This document shows positions 24,430 through 33,400 of a DNA stretch of 64,000 bases, one piece after another. The position numbers and the translations under genes are program-made. The notes under the pieces were generated by a model. The model saw nothing but the letters and a program-made list of their open reading frames with translations. It had not been told where the DNA came from and ran no database searches. Position 1 is the stretch's first letter, and each line of letters starts with the position of its first letter. The DNA comes from an uncultured Candidatus Poseidoniales archaeon (GTDB taxonomy: Archaea; Thermoplasmatota; Poseidoniia; Poseidoniales; Poseidoniaceae), in NCBI GenBank assembly GCA_000246735.1, contig CM001443.1, forward strand, positions 1,176,777 to 1,240,776, in the 5' to 3' direction.

Positions 24430-25779
24430 TCACTCGATCGCTGCTCGGGCAAGTGCGACACATTCGTCCACAAGTTCTCCAGATACGCCGATGTGGTTCG
24501 CTGGGTCGAACATTGCTTCGAGTTCTTCTGCACTGAACGCAGCAGAAATTGCTGGTGTTCGACTGCACACATCGATGAGTTCCTCTTTGTTGGCTACGGC
24601 TGCAAAGGATGCCTCTCGCAGGATTTCATGCGCTTCGTCTCGAGGGATGCCGTGCTCAACAAGGTCAATCATGACTTTTTCAGCCATAACGAGGCCCCGC
24701 TGAGATTTGATGTTCTCGAGGCAACGCTCTGCATCGACCCACATATTTGTCAAGACATCTCGAGTCTTTGCAATGACATCCTCACACAATGCTGAGCCGT
24801 GGGAGAGCGTAAATCGCTCACTGCTGGAGTTTGCAAGGTCACGTTCGTGCCATAGAAGGGCGTTCTCGTAGGTTGGAATAATCATCGAGCGAACAATTCG
24901 TGCCAAGCCAGATGCATTTTCAGATTTGATCGGGTTCTTCTTGTGGGCCATCGTAGAGGACCCCACTTGCTTCTCGATGTCGAAGCCTTCGCCAGCTTCC
25001 TGAATTTCAGATCGTTGGAGGTTTCGAACTTCTTGGAGAATTTTCTCACACGTAGCAGCAATGTTTGCAAGCCACGAGACGTACTCGATGTATCGGTCTC
25101 GCCCAACCACTTGGGTCGTCGCAAGCGGTACGCCAAGGCCAAGGTGTGTGAGAATCAGCCGCTGCAATTCACGAGCGTTTTCACCTTGTGCAGCACCCGT
25201 GCCAACTGCACCGAGGAATTTACCGACAGCAATACGTGGTGTTGCCTCATCCAGTCGAATGAGTTGCCTTCGTAGTTCATCGAGCCAAACAGCTGCCTTG
25301 AGGCCGAAGGTGATTGGAACAGCTGCCTGACCGTGGGTCCGGCCGAGCATTACTGTGTCTCGCTCTCGTTCAGCAACATCAGCACACACGCCGATGAGAA
25401 GGCAAAGTTGTTCCCTCAACATCACAATGCTGTCACGCAATTGGAGCGCAACCGCTGTGTCAACGATGTCGTTGGAAGTGGCACCAAGGTGGATGCACCA
25501 TCCTGCATCGCCAGCAGCCTCTGCCATGGCTTTGGTTAACGCCATGATGTCGTGCCGAGTTTCTGCTTCAATTTCCGAGACACGTTCCTTGGTCACAGAT
25601 GTTGGGTTGGCAATGGAAGCGACGATGTCGTAATCCGCTTGGGAGACGCGACCGAGTTGCATGTGAGCCCAAATAAGGGCACGTTCAACTTCCAATTGCC
25701 GTTCGTGGCGGCCTACTTCTGACCAAATGTGTTTGAATTCTTGGCAGCCATACCTGTAGTCGAGTGGGCAGAAGGACAT
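24430..25779 (-). CDS. purB: Adenylosuccinate lyase
   Basis: MSFCPLDYRYG start, HLGATSNDI, GSSTMAHKKNP signature. Start moved to ATG 25779. Confidence 0.93.
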   Translation of the reverse strand: MSFCPLDYRYGCQEFKHIWSEVGRHERQLEVERALIWAHMQLGRVSQADYDIVASIANPTSVTKERVSEIEAETRHDIMALTKAMAEAAGDAGWCIHLGATSNDIVDTAVALQLRDSIVMLREQLCLLIGVCADVAERERDTVMLGRTHGQAAVPITFGLKAAVWLDELRRQLIRLDEATPRIAVGKFLGAVGTGAAQGENARELQRLILTHLGLGVPLATTQVVGRDRYIEYVSWLANIAATCEKILQEVRNLQRSEIQEAGEGFDIEKQVGSSTMAHKKNPIKSENASGLARIVRSMIIPTYENALLWHERDLANSSSERFTLSHGSALCEDVIAKTRDVLTNMWVDAERCLENIKSQRGLVMAEKVMIDLVEHGIPRDEAHEILREASFAAVANKEELIDVCSRTPAISAAFSAEELEAMFDPANHIGVSGELVDECVALARAAIE

Positions 25780-25871
25780 GGTCGTAGGCCTACGCCTCGA
25801 TTCATCAACATTGTCATGCCAATCTATGGCGACAATCTGGGCAATCGACCCGAAAATCAATCATTCGAGAA

Positions 25872-26351
25872 CTATTTTGGATCAGGGCGCATGGCTGTCC
25901 GGATCAAAATAACTGAGGCACCTGTGGCCAAAACGAAAAACACGCCAACATAATTTGAGATATTGTACCACATGAGCGCCACGCCAATGAGGGAGCCGTA
26001 AGCGGCAACTTGGCAGAGAGCAGAAGCTTTTGCTAAACGTAGCAAGTGAGACTCGCTCAATGTTCCGTTGTGTTCCATGACGTACGTGTAGATGAGGAAA
26101 TAGATGCCTTGGAATGGGATGGCTGCTGCAATAATCGTGAGGGCGACTTCCCGGACTGCTGAGAAGTTTCTCTCTTGTTCAATCCCCTGGAACAACATGA
26201 AGGCCGTGTTTGTGCCGAGAAGTGCCGCCATGATTGTCCATCGCTTATCTTGAGATGAAGTACGACTCTCAACATTGACTGATGCTTCATCCATTGAGAG
26301 TGGGATGCGAGGTTCATGGTTTGATACTTGCCGTTGGAGACGTGGCGCCAA
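25872..26351 (-). CDS. Hypothetical membrane protein (4 TM helices)
   Basis: 159-aa ORF with four hydrophobic helices after a polar N-terminus. No family recognised. Confidence 0.5.
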   Translation of the reverse strand: MAPRLQRQVSNHEPRIPLSMDEASVNVESRTSSQDKRWTIMAALLGTNTAFMLFQGIEQERNFSAVREVALTIIAAAIPFQGIYFLIYTYVMEHNGTLSESHLLRLAKASALCQVAAYGSLIGVALMWYNISNYVGVFFVLATGASVILIRTAMRPDPK

Positions 26352-26382
26352 TCAGTTTTCTGGGGCTCGCCGTGTTCACCGT

Positions 26383-26679
26383 TCAAGCGGATGCAACAAG
26401 TTTGATGATGATGCCAGTAACCCCTGCAACAATCAGCAAGAGAACCATCATGGCAACTGGGCCGTATTGGTTTTTATCGGCGACTGCGGTACCAAAGAAA
26501 CCATCACGTGAAATGGCCTCAGCAAAGGAATCCACCTCAGTAAATTCGGGAAGGGGTCGCCGTGGAATTCGTTCGCCTTCACGGACCACCAAGTCGTCGC
26601 TCATGCCTTGTCGTTGGGCGGGTAGGGCATGAAGGTTGCTCTCTTTTGGTCCATCGGAAGTATCTTGCACGGTGGGCAC
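26383..26679 (-). CDS. Hypothetical small protein with a C-terminal TM helix
   Basis: The C-terminal YGPVAMMVLLLIVAGVTGIIIKLVASA is a tail-anchor-like helix. The start may be the internal ATG at 26604, because 26679 leaves only 11 nt to the divergent gene. Confidence 0.4.
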   Translation of the reverse strand: MPTVQDTSDGPKESNLHALPAQRQGMSDDLVVREGERIPRRPLPEFTEVDSFAEAISRDGFFGTAVADKNQYGPVAMMVLLLIVAGVTGIIIKLVASA

Positions 26680-26690
26680 AAGGATACCCC

Positions 26691-27281
26691 ATGGGTCGAG
26701 TCACCTTTCCATTTGAGTCGGCTCATATTCACATGGCCGTCGAAGGCAGCACTGGCGGCACCACGCTTGGTTTGCACATGGCGGCTGACGCCATCCGCGA
26801 TGGTGGGCGGGTTCTATGGGCATCGCCCGACATGCCAGACGGAGTGCGTTTTGGACAGTTGTTTGAACACCTTTCACTCGCTGACTCCTCGAAGTTTCAT
26901 GCCATGAATCTGGTCGGTAATCTGAGTCAAGCGGTCGATGTATTGGTTGAAACATCAACAGCCCTTCCGAGCGTTCGTTTGGTTGTCTTAGATGATTGGT
27001 GCGCTCATAGTGGCCGAATCCCTCTCGATCGAATCAACGACATGAGCAACCTTGCCTCGTCGCTTGGCGATGAGATCTGTCTCGTTCTGATTTCAAAAAC
27101 AGGCATCAACGCTGGTGACTCACAATCCGATTTAACCGTGCGTGGTAAGGAAAAAATGCAGGAGGCCGGCTTCCAAATATGGACGCTCACTCGAAAGCAA
27201 GACGGTCCAAAACGGACGGTCAAAATGAACGATGAGATCATCGAGTGCAGAATCGCTGATGAAGGATTTGTAGAGGGTTAA
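26691..27281 (+). CDS. RecA/KaiC/RadB-like protein with a degenerate P-loop (predicted pseudo-ATPase)
   Basis: The Walker-A position reads VEGSTGGTTLGLHMA, with no Lys where GxxGxGK(T/S) is expected. Walker-B-like VRLVVLDDW. Length and block order match small archaeal RecA-superfamily proteins. Start set at ATG 26691. Confidence 0.55.
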   Translation: MGRVTFPFESAHIHMAVEGSTGGTTLGLHMAADAIRDGGRVLWASPDMPDGVRFGQLFEHLSLADSSKFHAMNLVGNLSQAVDVLVETSTALPSVRLVVLDDWCAHSGRIPLDRINDMSNLASSLGDEICLVLISKTGINAGDSQSDLTVRGKEKMQEAGFQIWTLTRKQDGPKRTVKMNDEIIECRIADEGFVEG

Positions 27282-27532
27282 TCCTCGCCACCGTCGTCTT
27301 CACCGAGCAACTCCGCCATCTCGTCGAGTGCGTCTTCGTCCGGTTCATCAAATTGGGCAGGGTCTTTTGCCCCGCCCTCAAGTGTATCTTCTCCAGCAAT
27401 CTTTGGTGCGTTTGCCTCGAGCATGTCTGCTCTGTTTTCGCCTGCTTTTCGAGCGATAAACCAAGCCATCGCTGCAAAAAGAACAATCAATACAACATAG
27501 GCAATTGTTCGAGTGGTTTGTTCATCGGCCAT
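27278..27532 (-). CDS. Hypothetical small membrane protein with an acidic C-terminal tail
   Basis: N-terminal TM helix IAYVVLIVLFAAMAWFIA followed by an acidic tail ...DEPDEDALDEMAELLGEDDGGED. It lies downstream of tiaS on the same strand. Confidence 0.45.
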   Translation of the reverse strand: MADEQTTRTIAYVVLIVLFAAMAWFIARKAGENRADMLEANAPKIAGEDTLEGGAKDPAQFDEPDEDALDEMAELLGEDDGGED

Positions 27533-27556
27533 GATGTAAGCACGTACGACTGGCTT

Positions 27557-28774
27557 TTAGGCGTTACCCGGATTTATTGGGTCGCGGTCGATATACCATG
27601 CCAATGGACGAGCCAGATGGCGGCGAGCATCGACGGGAGGTTCAACCCACTCATTTGCCTCGATTTGACGCTCGACCTCGATCCAAGCATCTGGACTGCG
27701 GTTTTTGCACTTCGGGCAGCGAACCCCTTGTCCAGTCCCCATTGATTTCATTGTACGTTGGCACTCACTGCATGTCGGCCTAACTCGCATCGGTGTGGCA
27801 TGGCGGAGGCTCAACTTTTCGATATGTAACACTCCTTGCTCTGGTTCCAATCCAAAGGCAGCAATGCAATCGCCGGGATGGAGGGACTGCGCTAACAGTT
27901 TGACGTTTCCGCTCTGTGCGAACGCCAGCCAGTCTCCATGTTCCGTTGTAATTTTCGTAGTACCCCGACTGAGGACTTCAATGGTCCGAACTGTTGATTC
28001 GATGGCTTCCTTTAGATGATCATCACTCGCTTGGTTCGTTGCAAACACCCGCATTCCGATGATCGGTTCTGTTTCTGGCGCTGATGCGAGTGTTCTACCT
28101 GCGCTCGATGCATTCGCTTGAGTTTTGGCACGCACACCAAACAACACAGGGCATGTTCCTCGTGGAGAAATCAAGCTCCGCTCAGTTCTTGGATCTCGAC
28201 TCATGAAGGTTTCATCATTCGTTGCAACTTCATCGAGGGTGTGCTGGCAAACAGAACGTGCTTTTGAGGACCATTGGGTTTCTTCACGCCATGCAATCGC
28301 TTCCCATGTGATCGAATGCTTGGGCCATACGACAGCAGCAATAGCCCCAATGCAGCCCTGTCCTCCCCAAGACCGAGTTGGATGAGGGGCCTCTTCGATT
28401 GACACATGACGCTGGACTGTGTCGAAGTAGAACGATGCATCATCTGGTTTTTCACGAAACCAGACCATGCCAGGGTCAGTGGGTGATTGCTCCCGCTCAT
28501 GTTCAGAAGCCCCTATGCCTCCCTTGAGTGGCAGGAGGTGCTCATTCCAAAATTCCTCAAGAAAGGTGAGCAAGGCCTGTTCGTCGTTTGTTGTCAGTTC
28601 AACAGCCACGGCGGCGTTGCCACGAGTTCGCTGTTGAGCGAACGGCCACAAGCGGACAAGGGATGGAATCGAAGCTTCAACGTCCTCAGGGAGCGATTCA
28701 AGTAAGCAATGCAGTGTGTAGGTTGTACACCCATCACTCACTGTGTCTGTGTCATCTAACCCCAGCCAACCCAT
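27557..28774 (-). CDS. tiaS: tRNA(Ile2) 2-agmatinylcytidine synthetase TiaS
   Basis: N-terminal GLDDTDTVSDGCTTYT (the TiaS GxDDTDS..CTTY block), an OB-like middle region, and a C-terminal zinc ribbon CSECQ...CPKC. Confidence 0.85.
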   Translation of the reverse strand: MGWLGLDDTDTVSDGCTTYTLHCLLESLPEDVEASIPSLVRLWPFAQQRTRGNAAVAVELTTNDEQALLTFLEEFWNEHLLPLKGGIGASEHEREQSPTDPGMVWFREKPDDASFYFDTVQRHVSIEEAPHPTRSWGGQGCIGAIAAVVWPKHSITWEAIAWREETQWSSKARSVCQHTLDEVATNDETFMSRDPRTERSLISPRGTCPVLFGVRAKTQANASSAGRTLASAPETEPIIGMRVFATNQASDDHLKEAIESTVRTIEVLSRGTTKITTEHGDWLAFAQSGNVKLLAQSLHPGDCIAAFGLEPEQGVLHIEKLSLRHATPMRVRPTCSECQRTMKSMGTGQGVRCPKCKNRSPDAWIEVERQIEANEWVEPPVDARRHLARPLAWYIDRDPINPGNA

Positions 28775-28778
28775 CTGT

Positions 28779-29462
28779 TCACCTCATTGGGTCAAAGGGA
28801 TCGCCCCGATCTCGTTGGTCAAGCACCCTGTCCACAACACTTGCAATCCCAAGATTCCAATTCACCTTGAAACATCGCATGCCTTGAGCCCATCCGGCAC
28901 CCATGTCGCTGTTACGATCGCCGATCATGGCGTCTAATTCGTGGTTTGGTTGAATTTTCTCATTCCACCAATGTACTTTCTGACCAGCATCAATTTCGAT
29001 AACACTTCTTTCCTCTTGTGGTGGAGTGTGACGGATCATCTGTTCACCAAGTCTGAGCATACCCGGCATCGGCTTTCGACATTGGCACCGGTCACGGTGT
29101 CGGTGTGGGCAGACCAGCACGGCATCGAAATGGGCGTCGTTGTCAACCTCAAGCAACATACGTCGCATGGCATCATGAATTTGGTGGATCCGGTCCACGC
29201 CCCACAACCCTCGCATGATAGGTGACTGGTTGGTAACAATGCAGACTTTGTATCCTGCTCGGCGCAATGTTCCAATCGACGATGCGACTTCAGGAAGGAG
29301 CACGAGTTCATCTGGAGCGTTGATGTAATTTGGGCTGCCAACATTCAACACCCCGTCTCGATCGATGAATGCAATGCCTCCATGGTCAGGGGCATCCGGA
29401 GGTAATGGGCGGGGTGTCCACTGAACCACAACCCCCCGCATGGTTATGCGTAGGCCCTTCAT
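28779..29462 (-). CDS. HAD-IIIA phosphatase (GmhB / histidinol-phosphatase-like)
   Basis: IAFIDRDGVLN (DxD nucleophile), VCIVTNQS, CPHRHRDRCQCRKPMPGML (Zn-binding insert), MIGDRNSDMGAG. An alternative ATG exists at 29441. Confidence 0.8.
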   Translation of the reverse strand: MKGLRITMRGVVVQWTPRPLPPDAPDHGGIAFIDRDGVLNVGSPNYINAPDELVLLPEVASSIGTLRRAGYKVCIVTNQSPIMRGLWGVDRIHQIHDAMRRMLLEVDNDAHFDAVLVCPHRHRDRCQCRKPMPGMLRLGEQMIRHTPPQEERSVIEIDAGQKVHWWNEKIQPNHELDAMIGDRNSDMGAGWAQGMRCFKVNWNLGIASVVDRVLDQRDRGDPFDPMR

Positions 29463-29483
29463 TTGAAGGCGTTTTGCGTGCGG

Positions 29484-30443
29484 ATGGGTTTGGTTGAAAT
29501 GTTACGCCGGTGTGGAACTGCCATGCTGGTGTCTGACGAGGTGAGTTCAGTCATCGGAGCAGTGGGCCTGATTGCTCTCGCCCTTTCATGGCACAAGAGG
29601 GGCGCCTCACCGGTGCGACTGTCACAGGTTGGATGGATTGGAGTGGGTCTCTATTTCTTCAATGATACCTTCACGTACATGGAACATGAAGATCTAATTC
29701 TAACCCTGTTTTCAGCGCTGACGCTCCCGATGGCCATTGGCATGGCGGTATGGGAAGAGCGTGCAGAGGATGACAAGAGTAAGGCCTCGCTCACGTGGGC
29801 GAGAGGCGCTGTGGCATACGCTGGTGGTCCATACCTCCTGATCGCCCACGTTCCTTGGTTGAGTGTGCTTGCCATCTGGTTCGTTGCGGGTCAAGCAGCG
29901 TTTTTCCTGAGATTCTCTGGCGGCGATAATGTCGTCATGGGCGAGACTTGGGTGAACACACCCGAAGGTCAAATCAGTTGGTCTGAATTTGATGGGAACC
30001 GTTGGTTCATGGGTTCATCCTCTGAGGAATATCTGTTTCAGACCGAGTTGCTCCTTGCCGATGGGACCCCAATTGGAATTAACTTCGTTCTCGCCTGCAC
30101 TGCGCTTCAATCAATGGTGATTTTTGTTGGTGCAATCGCAGTTCTTGATATTGATTGGCGACGCCGATGCAGGGTGCTGTTCCTTACAATCCCCTTGATC
30201 CACATTCTCAATTTATTCCGAAATGCTGGATTGATATGGCTCCACACAACCTATGTCGAATGGACGCTGCTTGGTATGTCTGTCTTTGAATTTGGACACA
30301 GTTACGTTGCACGTTTTGTCTCGCTGTTCGCTATGTTCATCATGGCACTGATCATGTTCGATCTGTTACCAGAGCTGCATCGCCACATTGTGCGATTGCT
30401 GAAACCACTCGGGCTGTTACAACCAAAGAAGCGTTCCAATTAG
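29484..30443 (+). CDS. Archaeosortase/exosortase-family membrane protein (candidate)
   Basis: Multi-TM protein with the ordered motifs INFVLACTALQS (Cys), NLFRNAGLIWL (Arg 41 residues after the Cys) and FEFGHSYVARF (His/Arg). This is the Cys-Arg-(His/Arg) arrangement of the exosortase/archaeosortase family. The ORF-track start at 29463 is TTG and abuts the divergent gene. ATG candidates are 29484 or 29523. Confidence 0.5.
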   Translation: MGLVEMLRRCGTAMLVSDEVSSVIGAVGLIALALSWHKRGASPVRLSQVGWIGVGLYFFNDTFTYMEHEDLILTLFSALTLPMAIGMAVWEERAEDDKSKASLTWARGAVAYAGGPYLLIAHVPWLSVLAIWFVAGQAAFFLRFSGGDNVVMGETWVNTPEGQISWSEFDGNRWFMGSSSEEYLFQTELLLADGTPIGINFVLACTALQSMVIFVGAIAVLDIDWRRRCRVLFLTIPLIHILNLFRNAGLIWLHTTYVEWTLLGMSVFEFGHSYVARFVSLFAMFIMALIMFDLLPELHRHIVRLLKPLGLLQPKKRSN

Positions 30444-33400
30444 CGCTGATGCCAACCTTCTGTTGGTGAGCTGCGAGTCCACATTGTGCCACTTCCTGCA
30501 GGGTACTCAAGAATCTCAGCACCCGTTGCGTCCAACATTCCCATCAATTGCTGTGGTGGTGCTGTTGAAGGTGCTTCATTGCTTTCTAGCAAATCAGTGA
30601 ACACGTCCATCGAAGGAACGCTTGTGACGAGGGTTGGTTGTTGAGAAAACACTTCCGCGCCCTCAGTAGGCATGTTTTGACCATACAACTCATCAACGGA
30701 AGAAGATGGTTGGGTTGTCATTGAATCGGCTTCTTCCATGCCAAGCATCTGCGATGCGATGTCTTGCTGCTTCATCTCTTCCCACTCATTTGTGCTGCTC
30801 GACGACTGAGGTCCTCGAAGCGCTCCAACGCCGAACAAGACCAGCAAGGTGAGAACGATAAATCCGACCAAACCGATTGACCCGTAAATCAAATCGTTTG
30901 CAACACTTGGCGCAAGGTCAGCGTTATCACCAACACCATCACCATCTGTGTCTTTGGATTCATCTGGATCTTCAGGAAACGCATCGTCTTTGTCAGGTAC
31001 GCCATCCCCGTCACCGTCAAATGCATCGAACGTCGTCTCACACACGAGGCTTATGATCTCCAATTCTTCTGCGTCAAGGAATCCATCCATATTGAGGTCC
31101 ATCCCTTTTGTGTCATAGGCGTTTTTCAAATCGAGTTGGCTGAATTCTTTGAGTGTGAGTCCCTCACCAAATGGCGAAAGTTGTGATGCGATGATAAGAA
31201 TTTCATTCTCGCACGAACAGATCTCTTGGAGTGCCTCTCTAAATTCAATCTCTCCATCATCGTTCAAATCGATGTTGTCGAAACTAACACCATCGTCGTC
31301 AAATTCACGTTCCTCGATGACACCATTCCCATTTGCATCAGTTGCCTCGAAGACATCTCTTGCTTGATCTTCACAGAAAATTTCGATGGTCTCGTCTTCA
31401 TCTGGATCGATTGGATCGATTGGTGGCATTTGTGAGTCTTCCCACACCGCTATGATGCTGACATCGGAGATCTCATCAAAGACAGTGAGGGTGATGTCAA
31501 ACCGGCCGTTGGCGGGCATGTTGATGAACAAGGTGTGTTCTGTTCCCTCGCCAAATGAGTCAACTTGGACCTCTGCCGTTGTCAATCCATCCATTGGTCG
31601 ACCTTGACGCCCTTCTGCGAAACCATCGTCTTCAGGGAAGAATCCACCAAAGTCGAAGTCAATTACCGAGCCGCTGCCTTCGAGTTGAAGTTTCCCTTGG
31701 CCGCCATAAGTGTTCACTTCGAGGTAACTTCCGGGGTTTTCCAGTTCAACAAAGAACAGTAATGACTCGCCAGCAGGGGCCTCAAGGCCATTGATTTCTT
31801 CACCGTTGAACAATTCAATTGGTGTACCATCGTACGTCCAAATGTACCTGTCTTCAAACGAGGCAGTAATCAGAATGTTCGCAAAGACATCCTCTGTGGT
31901 AAGAAGGATGTACCATGTGCCGGGCGTCGGATCATTGAACCCAATTTTATCGCCAGCCCCTGGAGTGGAGGATTGAAGGTCGAATTCACCAGAAGTTGGG
32001 AATTGCTCGAGCCGCATGAACATGGTTGCTTCCCCATACCCTTCTGAGAGGTCGACTTCCAGTCGCTCAGTGCCTGTTGGGACTTGAATTTTGAAATATT
32101 GATCGAGTCCGTCGTATCCAGTCAGTGGTCCATACGCTACGCCTGGTGTGAGTTCAACGGCATCCTCAGGTGCAGTGTTGTCTGGCGCAAACGTCATTGT
32201 GGCGACAATTGTGAAATCGATCGCACGTTGGTAGGTGTAAGCAGTCACATAGTACCGTCCGGGCTCAACATCGTACAACGTCGCATCCTGATTGTTTCCT
32301 TGGCCGCTGTCATAGACAATTTTTCCTTGATTTGGATTATTGTCTTCGGAATCATCTGTAGCGAATGGTTCCTCGATGAACCAGAAATCAAATGGATCGG
32401 GGACAGTGCCCCATGAAAGGCCAATGTCGATGTTTCCACTGCCGGCGTATGTGCTGACGGTTAAACTTGAGAGGTTTTCTTCAACATCCACATAGTAGTA
32501 GAGCACACGGTCTTCAAAATCCGCTTGCCGGCCGACATCGATTGTCTGTCCCGTGACTGGAATGCCGTTGTTGAGTTTGGTCATGTCGTCTTCAGACGGG
32601 GGCGGGTCAGCTACTTCCCATGATACCGTCATCGCATAATCAGCAATGTCTGTTTGTGGGACAAGCAACACCCACCATCCACCAGCATCGGGCCAACTAA
32701 TCTGCTCCCATGCATAGCCCCAAAATGCCTCGATTGAGCCATCATTGTCCCATGAACTTGGGATTCGGTTGTTGCCAAAGTACACATCGATTGTGATCTC
32801 CTCATCCTTGAATTCAGTCGGATAGAGGTTGAAGTATGCCATTTTGGTCATTTCATCGAGTTCTGCAAAGAAGAGGAGGTTGTCACCAGCCTGTCCCGTG
32901 ATGCCATTGACTTCCTCGTTATTGTAAAGTTGAATGACTTGGGCCACAATTGTTCCATCGGGCATGACCCAATCTGCGCCGTAAATGGTGCCGTTGGCAT
33001 TGTTGATGTCATCATTTGTGAGCATGCCTTCACCTTCTGGGAAGGTCCAATTGGAGACCCAAGTGACTTCAGAACCAATACTTGAGAGGTTCGTTCCAAC
33101 AGTGATGTTGTCGAGCATTCCTTGGAAATAGTTGCATTCGCACCCTGCGCCCATGCTCCCGATGTACAATTCATCACAATCGTCGCCTGAAGTGAAGCAA
33201 TCGTTCGATCCAAAGTCACCAGCGGGGATCAAGGCCTGTTCGGCGCTTATTTCACCAGCTGCGAGGCCGTTGATTCGGAATTGGCCACCTACACCTTGGA
33301 TGACATCAATTTCTACATGCGTCCACTGGTCGGCTGGGACCGTTGTGTTGGCTGTTGGATGTTGAGAAAGGCTGTATTCTGAAGCATAAGCGAGGGTGCC

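Noticed and set aside
30818-30892. Adhesin TM segment ...GLVGFIVLTLLVLFGVGALRG as a canonical PGF-CTERM archaeosortase signal
   Set aside because: True PGF-CTERM signals sit at the extreme C-terminus, and here 125 further residues follow. It is retained only as a speculative point under the archaeosortase finding.
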